Source of the DNA: Candidatus Omnitrophota bacterium
GTDB lineage: Bacteria; Omnitrophota; Gorgyraeia; Gygaellales; Profunditerraquicolaceae
DNA length: 64,000 bases
Direction of reading: 5' to 3'
Assembly (NCBI GenBank): GCA_041651115.1
Contig: JBAZJY010000001.1
Span: forward strand, 133,165 to 197,164
The notes beneath the pieces are model-generated. The model saw only the letters and a program-made list of their open reading frames with translations. It was not told where the DNA came from and made no database searches. Position numbers and translations under genes: made by a program. Below are positions 9,688 to 21,180 of this stretch, one piece after another (the first letter of the stretch is position 1; each line of letters opens with the position of its first letter).

Positions 9688-10758
9688 ATGTTCGGCAACA
9701 GCATCCTCGTGATAAACGACGATGAGGCGATTTCAAAATACTTAAGGGAAGAGCTGACGGTAAAGGGTAAGTATATCGTTACGATAAATGCCGGCTCTGC
9801 CGCGGGAATAGAGGATTTTAAAAAGAACGGCTTTGCCGTGATCCTGGTAAAGTTCGGTATGCGCGATATGCCGGGCGCGGAGATCGTGCGCAGGCTTCAG
9901 GCAGTAGATCCGGATTGCGTGGTGATCGCGCTTATTGAGCATCTTGACCAGAACGTGCTGATGGAACTGGCAAGGCTGGGCATATACGATTTTATTACCA
10001 AGCCGATCAACCTGGATAAATTATTTTTTCTCATTAAAAAAGCCGTTGACCTGCATTCTTTAGTGGTGATCCACAAAAGATTAATGCAGGGGCTTAAGGA
10101 GCAGAACGTTGCCCTGCAAAAGCAGAACGTGCTGCTTGCCAAGCGTATTGAAGAGTCTACCCGCAACCTGACGCGGCTTTATGAAGATTTGCGCTCTACG
10201 TACATGCATACGATCAAGGTCCTTGCCCATGCCATAGACGCGCGCGACCATTATACCCACAGCCATTCGGAGAACGTCGCGAAATTCGCCGTGATCGTCG
10301 CCGAAGAAATGCATCTGCCGGTTGAGCAGATTGAAATGATCCGGGAGGCATGCGAGCTCCACGACCTGGGAAAGATCGGCGTGGAAGACAATATCCTTAG
10401 CAAACCTTCGGCGCTCAATGAAAAGGAATGGGAAAATATCCGCAGGCATCCGATGATCGGCGCCCAGATCCTTGAGCCTTTGACCTTTTTAGGCGGAGTG
10501 ATTGACCTGGTCAAGCAGCACCATGAGCGTTACGACGGCAAAGGGTATCCGCAGGGGCTTAAAGGGGAAGAGATATTGCTCGGAGCGCGGATCATTAACC
10601 TCGTGGATGCTTATGAGGCAATGCGTTCGGCGCGTTCATACAGGAAAGAGCCTTTTACAAAAGAGCAGGCAGTTGAAGAGATCAAGAAGAACAGCGGCAC
10701 GCAATTTGACCCGAAAGTCGTAGAGGCGTTTATGAAAGTCGTGCACTTATTTCCGTAG
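9688..10758 (+). CDS. response-regulator-like protein with HD-GYP phosphodiesterase domain
   Basis: N-terminal CheY-like fold (acidic pair NDDE, conserved Lys in ITKP); C-terminal HDLGKIG and HHERYDGKGYP motifs characteristic of HD-GYP c-di-GMP phosphodiesterases. Confidence 0.8.
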   Translation: MFGNSILVINDDEAISKYLREELTVKGKYIVTINAGSAAGIEDFKKNGFAVILVKFGMRDMPGAEIVRRLQAVDPDCVVIALIEHLDQNVLMELARLGIYDFITKPINLDKLFFLIKKAVDLHSLVVIHKRLMQGLKEQNVALQKQNVLLAKRIEESTRNLTRLYEDLRSTYMHTIKVLAHAIDARDHYTHSHSENVAKFAVIVAEEMHLPVEQIEMIREACELHDLGKIGVEDNILSKPSALNEKEWENIRRHPMIGAQILEPLTFLGGVIDLVKQHHERYDGKGYPQGLKGEEILLGARIINLVDAYEAMRSARSYRKEPFTKEQAVEEIKKNSGTQFDPKVVEAFMKVVHLFP

Positions 10759-10780
10759 ACGCAGGGAGGCTTTTAGAAAA

Positions 10781-11983
10781 ATGAGCATTTTTGAGTATAC
10801 CGCGAAAGACAAGAACGGCCGCACTGCCATCGGCACGATCGACGCCCCGTCTGAAAGCGAAGCAGCTGACGCGCTGCACAAAAAAGAATTGTTCGTCATT
10901 TCCCTGCGTTCCGTTAAGGGCAAGATCGCCAAGGGAAAAGATAAAAGAGTAAAGTCGGATGACCTGGTGATCTTTTCCCGGCAGCTGGCAACCATGATCG
11001 ACGCCGGCATACCCGTGGTCCAGGCCCTGGGCATACTGGGAGAGCAGATTGAAAACCCGAATTTCCGCAAGATCATCGTTACCGTGCGCCAGGACATTGA
11101 AGCGGGAGTAAGTTTCTGCGACGCGCTGGCAAAACACCCGGCAGTGTTTTCCGACCTTTTTATTAATATGGCGCGAGCCGGAGAGGCAAGCGGCATGCTT
11201 AACGACGTGCTTGACCGGCTTGCTTCGTATCTGGAAAAAAGCGCTTCGCTTTCCCGCAAGATCCGCTCCAGCCTTGTTTATCCTGCGGTAGTCGTAACTA
11301 TGGCAATATTGATCACCACTCTGCTTTTGGTCAAGGTAGTGCCGACATTTAAAGGCATATTTGAGGCGCTGGGCGGCCAGCTTCCTTTACCGACGCGCGT
11401 GCTTATTGCCGTCAGCGACATACTGCGGCAATATTTTTTATTCGTTGTAGGCGTCCTTATTACCGCGGGCTTCCTGCTTAAGAAATATATCGCTACGGAA
11501 AAGGGCCGTTACAATTTTGACGTCCAGAAGTTAAGGGTCCCGGTGCTGGGCCAGCTTTTTAAAAAAGTAGCGCTGGCAAAATTTTCCCGGACTTTCGCCA
11601 CCTTAACCAAAAGCGGCGTATCGGCGCTCAACGCGCTGGAGATCGTTGCTAAGACAGCCGGCAACAAAGAAGTGGAGAGGGTGGTGCTTGCCACGCGCGA
11701 TTCAGTGCGTGACGGCGAAACGATTGCCAAGCCTTTGTCAAAAAGCCCGGTATTCCCGCCAATGGTCTGCCGGATGATCGGAGTAGGGGAACAGACCGGC
11801 CAGCTGGAAAAGATGCTTTCCAAGATCGCGGATTTCTACGACGAACAGGTTGACGCGGCCGTAGCCGGCCTGACCAGCATGATTGAACCGCTGGTAATTG
11901 TCTTCCTGGGCGTGATCATCGGAGGCATAGTTATTGCCCTGTTCCTGCCCATATTTAAGATCACGGAACTGGTGGCAAGATAA
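10781..11983 (+). CDS. type II secretion / type IV pilus platform protein (GspF/PilC family)
   Basis: 400 aa, two T2SS-F repeats, three TM segments, typical GspF/PilC architecture; follows the two ATPase genes. Confidence 0.8.
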   Translation: MSIFEYTAKDKNGRTAIGTIDAPSESEAADALHKKELFVISLRSVKGKIAKGKDKRVKSDDLVIFSRQLATMIDAGIPVVQALGILGEQIENPNFRKIIVTVRQDIEAGVSFCDALAKHPAVFSDLFINMARAGEASGMLNDVLDRLASYLEKSASLSRKIRSSLVYPAVVVTMAILITTLLLVKVVPTFKGIFEALGGQLPLPTRVLIAVSDILRQYFLFVVGVLITAGFLLKKYIATEKGRYNFDVQKLRVPVLGQLFKKVALAKFSRTFATLTKSGVSALNALEIVAKTAGNKEVERVVLATRDSVRDGETIAKPLSKSPVFPPMVCRMIGVGEQTGQLEKMLSKIADFYDEQVDAAVAGLTSMIEPLVIVFLGVIIGGIVIALFLPIFKITELVAR

Positions 11984-11985
11984 TT

Positions 11986-12026
11986 CACGCAGCAACTTAT
12001 GTTCAATGCTTTCCATAAGTTGCGTG
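11986..12026 (+). terminator. hairpin downstream of pilC-like gene (possible terminator, no strong U-tract)
   Basis: inverted repeat cacgcagcaacttatg / cataagttgcgtg three nt after the stop codon. Confidence 0.35.
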
Positions 12027-12051
12027 CTCATTAAAAAAGCTAAAAAAATAC

Positions 12052-12079
12052 TTGACAAAAAACGTTCTTGTGATAAACT
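12052..12079 (+). promoter_or_regulatory. sigma70-like promoter upstream of the rRNA operon (TTGACA - 16 nt - TGaTAAACT extended -10)
   Basis: TTGACA at 12052-12057, TG at 12071-12072, TAAACT at 12074-12079; only strong -35/-10 pair between pilC and 16S. Confidence 0.5.
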
Positions 12080-12196
12080 TTAGTTCCTCTTGTAGGAGAG
12101 TATAAAATACTACATGTTAAACGTGATACTAAGAAATAAGATCACTGACAATTTCAAGTAGTCTTTTCCGACGCTAAGCAGGCGCGTAAATTTTGA

Positions 12197-12228
12197 GACG
12201 CCCCGCACGTTCGGGGCGTCTTTTTTTG
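12197..12228 (+). terminator. intrinsic-terminator-like hairpin inside the rrn leader (GACGCCCCG-cacgtt-CGGGGCGTC + T7)
   Basis: perfect 9-bp GC-rich stem followed by seven T residues. Confidence 0.6.
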
Positions 12229-12245
12229 TCGCCGCAGAAGCGGCG

Positions 12246-12272
12246 CACCGAACCATCCAATTGGTTCGGGTG
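12246..12272 (+). promoter_or_regulatory. boxB-like hairpin of rrn leader (caccgaacca tccaat tggttcgggtg)
   Basis: stem-loop immediately 5' of a boxA-like sequence; the same hairpin with compensatory changes recurs inside the 23S intron. Confidence 0.5.
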
Positions 12273-12273
12273 T

Positions 12274-12287
12274 TGCTCTTTTGATAA
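12274..12287 (+). promoter_or_regulatory. boxA-like antitermination element (TGCTCTTTTGATAA)
   Basis: resembles E. coli rrn boxA TGCTCTTTAACAA; located in the 16S leader. Confidence 0.5.
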
Positions 12288-12396
12288 TTAGATAGCCAAG
12301 CGTGGCCAAGTTAAACTTAACCGGTTTAACGTGGTCAATTTTTTGAGGTAAGTAATAAAATTATCCAGAGCCATTTTTACAAACTTCTTCATATTT

Positions 12397-13988
<1,592 letters not shown>

Positions 13989-14186
13989 TTTTTTTTGCTA
14001 GCGCAAAGAAATATTAGAATTCCTGGGCAAATAAGCCTGGGCGTTTGGCTATCTAATTTAAATTTCTAAGGGAGCACTTCCACTGATCAATGTGAGTGAG
14101 AGGGCTTCCGATTTATCGTGTAAGTGTAATGAATCAGGGCATTACACCTGTCCGCCTGCGGCGGACAATAACGTTACACTTAAATT

Positions 14187-14258
14187 GGGCCCATAGCTCA
14201 GTTTCCGCCGAAGGCGGACCCGCCTACGGCGGGGGTTAGATTAGGAGGCTATGGGCGC
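14187..14258 (+). other. pseudo-tRNA fragment: 17-nt copy of tRNA-Ile 5' end closed by a long-range stem and two GC hairpins
   Basis: gggcccatagctcagtt identical to the start of the genuine tRNA-Ile 88 nt downstream; no T-arm/acceptor 3' half; 3' side ctatgggcgc complements gggcccatag. Confidence 0.5.
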
Positions 14259-14274
14259 AATAAGTAAAAGTTTC

Positions 14275-14351
14275 GGGCCCATAGCTCAGTTGGTTAGAGC
14301 ACAGCCCTGATAAGACTGGGGTCATAGGTTCGAATCCTATTGGGCCCACCA
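14275..14351 (+). tRNA. tRNA-Ile (anticodon GAT)
   Basis: cloverleaf with CTGATAA anticodon loop, GGTTCGAATCC T-arm, encoded CCA. Confidence 0.85.
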
Positions 14352-14357
14352 TAATTA

Positions 14358-14470
14358 GGGGCTGTAGCTCAGCTGGGAGAGCACCTGCTTTGTTGAGCAC
14401 AAAAGTGCGCAAAGCGCATTTAGCGAAATCCCGCGAAGGCGGGACAAGCAGGGGTGAGCTACTGACCTAA
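14358..14470 (+). other. pseudo-tRNA fragment: 34-nt copy of tRNA-Ala 5' half (through anticodon loop) plus hairpins, no 3' half
   Basis: ggggctgtagctcagctgggagagcacctgcttt matches the genuine tRNA-Ala downstream; followed by cccgcgaaggcggg hairpin; no acceptor 3' strand. Confidence 0.5.
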
Positions 14471-14476
14471 TATTAC

Positions 14477-14549
14477 GGGGATGTAGCTCAGTTGGGAGAG
14501 CACCTGCTTTGCAAGCAGGGGGCCGCGGGTTCAACTCCCGCCATCTCCA
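14477..14549 (+). tRNA. tRNA-Ala (anticodon TGC)
   Basis: GGGGATGTAGCTCAGTTGGGAGAGC...CTTTGCAAG anticodon loop, GGTTCAACTCC T-arm; CCA not encoded. Confidence 0.85.
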
Positions 14550-14587
14550 CTTAAATTTTGAAACACTAGCTTTCGCGCTGGTTTCGT

Positions 14588-14634
14588 TCGGCTATCTTCA
14601 GCCGATTGTAAACAGCGCACGTGTTCTTTGACAA
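14588..14634 (+). promoter_or_regulatory. spacer boxB-like hairpin (tcggctatcttcagccga) plus boxA-like TGTTCTTTGACAA in the 16S-23S ITS
   Basis: hairpin followed 16 nt later by a boxA-like sequence, as in typical rrn spacers. Confidence 0.45.
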
Positions 14635-14748
14635 CTACTAACAAAAGTAAAACTACAATAAACCGAGAGAGAATCAGCTTTTGGTTATTCGCAAGGATAA
14701 CCTTCTGCTGAATACTCAGCGGCTATGCCGCTGGGTATCAATTATTTT

Positions 14749-18055
<3,307 letters not shown>

Positions 18056-18114
18056 TTTTTTATTTTCTTGAGGTTTAAAGTAGTTCTACTTTTGTTAGTG
18101 GCTGTCAGAATAAT

Positions 18115-18165
18115 CGAAGATCCTCAACTCAAACCTAAATAAATGATTTTAGGCATCGTTGAGGA
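18115..18165 (+). other. 23S-5S spacer processing-type hairpin (gaagatcctcaac ... gttgaggatcc)
   Basis: 12-13 bp inverted repeat between the 23S 3' end and 5S. Confidence 0.35.
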
Positions 18166-18193
18166 TCCAATAATTTTGTTTCGCAAAATTATT

Positions 18194-18307
18194 GGAGCAT
18201 TTTTACCGAGGGGGAAACACCCGTTCCCATTCCGAATACGGCAGTTAAGCCCCTCAGGGCCGATGGTACTTTACTCGTAAGGGTATGGGAGAGTAGGTCG
18301 GTGCTCC
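18194..18307 (+). rRNA. rrf: 5S ribosomal RNA
   Basis: CCGTTCCCATTCCGAATACGG, GGTACTTTACTCG, terminal helix ggagcat/gtgctcc. Confidence 0.9.
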
Positions 18308-18315
18308 TTAAACGT

Positions 18316-18352
18316 GCCGGCTATCTTAGAAATAAGGTAGCCGGCCTTTTTT
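18316..18352 (+). terminator. rrn operon intrinsic terminator (ccggctatctta gaaa taaggtagccgg + CCTTTTTTAT)
   Basis: 12-bp stem then T-run directly after 5S; flanked by a second outer inverted repeat ttaaacgtgccggc / gccggcacgtttaa. Confidence 0.7.
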
Positions 18353-18419
18353 ATGCCGGCACGTTTAAGGATTTCGCTAAATCAAAGCATTAGGAGCTCA
18401 ATCCTATTTGATATTTTCC

Positions 18420-18448
18420 TTGCTTTTGGTCATACTTGTCTTTATCAT
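18420..18448 (+). promoter_or_regulatory. sigma70-like promoter (TTGCTT - 17 nt - TATCAT) upstream of the EF-hand protein gene
   Basis: hexamers with 17-nt spacer 25 nt upstream of the AAGGAGG RBS. Confidence 0.45.
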
Positions 18449-18472
18449 AATACTCAAGAAGGAGGTAGTAAT

Positions 18473-18925
18473 ATGGAGAAGAAGGTTTGGTTGTTTGCAG
18501 TTTTATTTTTAACGGTATTTTGTACCGCGGCAAGGGCGGATCGGCCTCCCATTGCCCGCGTAGACAAGAATAGGGACGGGGTAGTGGATAGCAAAGAAAG
18601 AAAAATGAAAAGGGCAGAAGTAAATACTGCTTGGGAAAAAAGGGCGGATACTGATAATGACGGCGTAGTAGAAAGGTCGGAAGCAGCAAATGCCTGGCGG
18701 CATAGGAAAGCAAAAGTCAATAATTCCGTTGAAGCAAAATATGATGCCAATGGCGACGGGTGGCTGGAGCCTAACGAAGCAAGGGAGCTGCTTAGAGATA
18801 GGCATAGGGTGGTCAGTACTAACGGTAGAGCTAAAGTAGATACTGCGCTTGAAGCCAAATACGATACTAACGCTGACGGTATTATTGATGTTGAGGAAGC
18901 TAAGGCGTTGAAAGCGGATCTCTAA
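18473..18925 (+). CDS. secreted protein with four EF-hand-like calcium-binding loops
   Basis: AAGGAGG RBS; signal peptide MEKKVWLFAVLFLTVFCTAARA; loops DKNRDGVVDSKE, DTDNDGVVERSE, DANGDGWLEPNE, DTNADGIIDVEE fit DxDxDGx(I/V)xxxE. Confidence 0.6.
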   Translation: MEKKVWLFAVLFLTVFCTAARADRPPIARVDKNRDGVVDSKERKMKRAEVNTAWEKRADTDNDGVVERSEAANAWRHRKAKVNNSVEAKYDANGDGWLEPNEARELLRDRHRVVSTNGRAKVDTALEAKYDTNADGIIDVEEAKALKADL

Positions 18926-18952
18926 GATGTTATTCTTTAGCTAATTTAAAAA

Positions 18953-18980
18953 AGCCTGCTAGAAAATAGCAGGTTTTTTT
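18953..18980 (+). terminator. intrinsic terminator (cctgcta gaaaa tagcagg + T7)
   Basis: hairpin plus U-tract 28 nt after the stop codon. Confidence 0.7.
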
Positions 18981-19167
18981 ATTTATTTAAGCCAATTATA
19001 CTCCGGTAGAATTAGGACAGTAGAAAGTAGAATCATCCCATTGACCAATTCCCACTTCGGAATACAATGTGTGGCGAAAAGGGAGTTCCCGGAGGAGGGC
19101 ATTCCTAAAGCGCATGGCTGATGCGCAAAGAGGCATCTAATTATGTATTGCAACATATGTGTGGAAG

Positions 19168-19198
19168 GGGGGCATTCGCAAACCGAATGCCCTTTTTT
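19168..19198 (+). terminator. intrinsic terminator (gggcattcg caaac cgaatgccc + T6)
   Basis: 9-bp stem and T-run; closes a 150-200-nt hairpin-rich non-coding stretch. Confidence 0.6.
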
Positions 19199-19259
19199 CA
19201 TGCATATCCGTTAGATTTAGCTTCTCCTTTCGTCTATTAATATAGAAAGGAGATAGGTT

Positions 19260-19751
19260 ATGGCTAACGGGATTTCTGTAGAGGTAATAGCGGCAAAGAT
19301 TTTTATTATCAGAGGTAAAAATGTGATGTTGGATAGGGATTTGGCACAACTTTATGGAGTTGAGACAAGGATATTAAATCAAGCTGTAAAAAGGAACATA
19401 GAGCGTTTTCCTGAAGATTTTATGTTCTCTTTGAATAGGCAGGAAATAATGAGGATATCACAATTTGTGATATCCTTAAGATTCTCTAAAACTACCCATG
19501 CCTTTACTGAACAGGGTGTTGCTATGCTCTCTAGTGTCTTAAATAGCCCGAAAGCTATTCAAGTCAATATTCAGATTATGCGCGCTTTCACTCAACTAAG
19601 GCGTATGCTTTTAACGAATGTTGACTTAAGGCGGAAAATTGAAGCAATGGAGAAGAAATACGATCAGCAGTTTGCTGTAGTTTTTCAAGCGATTAAGCAA
19701 CTCTTAGAACCGCCGAAAGAAAAGAAGAGGGCGATCGGGTTCCATCCTTAA
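19260..19751 (+). CDS. ORF6N/KilA-N-type DNA-binding domain protein
   Basis: IRGKNVMLDRDLAQLYGVETRILNQAVKRNIERFPEDFMF block is, from memory, the signature of ORF6N domain proteins (phage Ant/KilA-N relatives). Confidence 0.55.
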   Translation: MANGISVEVIAAKIFIIRGKNVMLDRDLAQLYGVETRILNQAVKRNIERFPEDFMFSLNRQEIMRISQFVISLRFSKTTHAFTEQGVAMLSSVLNSPKAIQVNIQIMRAFTQLRRMLLTNVDLRRKIEAMEKKYDQQFAVVFQAIKQLLEPPKEKKRAIGFHP

Positions 19752-19757
19752 AACTGG

Positions 19758-20000
19758 TTGTCATTGCGAGGAGCGCAGCGACGAAGCAATCTCTATTTTG
19801 CTTCAGGGCTTTGCTCGCGCGCTGGAAGCTTTTGCCGTGCGCTACGGTTTACTCTTCGCTCCCGGCATACTTTCGCATCATTAAAGCCTCCGCTCCTCGT
19901 AAAGCCTTGCGCACATTTGCCAAAAGCTTCCTGATGCGCGCTCCCAAAGCCCTTCGCAAAATTAAAAACGCAAGCATCATTGCGAGGCGTCGCAGGCAAA
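19758..20000. repeat. MITE-like composite repeat: inverted repeats 19806-19836 / 19919-19952 flanking an 80-nt core that recurs (opposite strand) at 42207-42280
   Basis: gggctttgctcgcgcgctggaagcttttgcc vs reverse complement gggctttgggagcgcgcatcaggaagcttttggc; direct repeat tcattgcgagg at both outer ends (19762, 19977). Confidence 0.6.
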
Positions 20001-20131
20001 AATTAACCCAAATTCTAATGAAATTTTGGTTCTTATCTTTAGCCTTTTTTAGAGTTAAGCTTGATTAATTATATTAAAAAGGAGTATAATATAGGTAATG
20101 TTAACTGGGAATGTCCCAAAATAGAGGTTCT

Positions 20132-20161
20132 GTTTGGGCGGAGAAAAAATAAATCTGACTT
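20132..20161 (+). promoter_or_regulatory. conserved 30-nt upstream motif GTTTGGGCGGAGAAAAAATAAATCTGACTT (copy 1), 22 nt before the ATG of the 20183 gene
   Basis: 27/30 identity with copy 2 at 22034-22062, same distance to the downstream start codon. Confidence 0.5.
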
Positions 20162-20182
20162 CTATTTTCTTAATCTAAAAAT

Positions 20183-21136
20183 ATGGGAATCTATAGTATA
20201 GTAAAAGAGTATTGGGTTGGTGAAAAGACTCAGCATAAATATCTACGAAAGCTACACTCCGCATTAAAAGCAATTATTTCTCATCTTAGTTTATTAAATA
20301 CAGATACCTATATTAATAAGCAAAAAATCAATAAATTCGAACAAAAGTTAGAGAAAATAACAGAGGAAATCGAAAATAATATAGCTGAATATCCGGAATA
20401 TATCTTAAAGGAATTAGAATTATGGAGAGGGCAAAAAGATGTTTTTTTGAATTATTTAAGTGAGAGTATTGATGGATTTATAATGAAGAGACTTGATCCA
20501 TCAATGTTATCACGATTTAAACTACAAACTGAAACATTAAATTTAAAGATTTATGCAAGGTTAGGGAATTCGCAAACACGGGAAAAAATTATTTATTTTA
20601 TTTTGCTCATTCTCGTCACATTATTTTTCTTAGCGAAGCTTATTCCTAATAATGCTGAATCTAGGCCATATGTAGAGGTTGAAATAGTAAGTCCCATATT
20701 AAAGCCAGATGAAGATGGGATAACAAGATTACGATACAGACTGAAGAATAACGAAGACATCGCAGTATATGACATTAGGAAGGGTCATAGGATTTTTAAT
20801 GAAAAAAATAAGTGTTTAAAGCATTATTACGACTTTAGCGAACAATATTTACTTGATTTAGCTCCTGGAGCAAAATCGTTAATCCATCCAGATAGACTTG
20901 AGAAGCCTATAGTTGAAGGTAAGGAATTAGACAATAAATTTTTGAAGCTACAGTTAATAATAACTTATAAGAAATCAAAAAATAAAAATGATAAATTATA
21001 TTATTCTTTAGAGAATTACATATTAGTACCTATAAATTTTAAAGAAGGATATTCCAATGAATTCCTTGTAACAAAACCTTCATCACGTTTTGGAGTTATA
21101 AAAAAATTCATTGATGAATGCAAAGAATTTAAATAA
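20183..21136 (+). CDS. hypothetical single-pass membrane protein (ORFan, AT-rich)
   Basis: 317 aa, Lys/Asn-rich, one central TM helix (IIYFILLILVTLFFLAKLI); no motif I recognise. Confidence 0.5.
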   Translation: MGIYSIVKEYWVGEKTQHKYLRKLHSALKAIISHLSLLNTDTYINKQKINKFEQKLEKITEEIENNIAEYPEYILKELELWRGQKDVFLNYLSESIDGFIMKRLDPSMLSRFKLQTETLNLKIYARLGNSQTREKIIYFILLILVTLFFLAKLIPNNAESRPYVEVEIVSPILKPDEDGITRLRYRLKNNEDIAVYDIRKGHRIFNEKNKCLKHYYDFSEQYLLDLAPGAKSLIHPDRLEKPIVEGKELDNKFLKLQLIITYKKSKNKNDKLYYSLENYILVPINFKEGYSNEFLVTKPSSRFGVIKKFIDECKEFK

Positions 21137-21180
21137 TAATTTCGGAGTTCCTGGGACACGATGCTTAATTATGTAAAAAA

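Noticed and set aside
12114-12161. 15-codon ORF (MLNVILRNKITDNFK) in the rrn leader that could be a leader peptide
   Set aside because: No Shine-Dalgarno sequence and no conservation evidence available; likely chance.
14358-14470. Possibility that the first tRNA-Ala-like sequence is an intron-containing tRNA
   Set aside because: After the putative insertion there is no T-arm or acceptor 3' strand complementary to GGGGCTG, so no cloverleaf can form. I treat it as a pseudo-tRNA fragment.
19143-19214. 23-codon Cys-containing ORF (MYCNICVEGGHSQTECPFFMHIR) between the EF-hand and ORF6N genes
   Set aside because: The intrinsic terminator hairpin lies inside it, and it has no RBS. More likely part of a non-coding structured region.
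19811-20068. 85-aa ORF across the MITE-like element
   Set aside because: Entirely within inverted-repeat DNA; Arg/Ala-rich low-complexity translation; no RBS.
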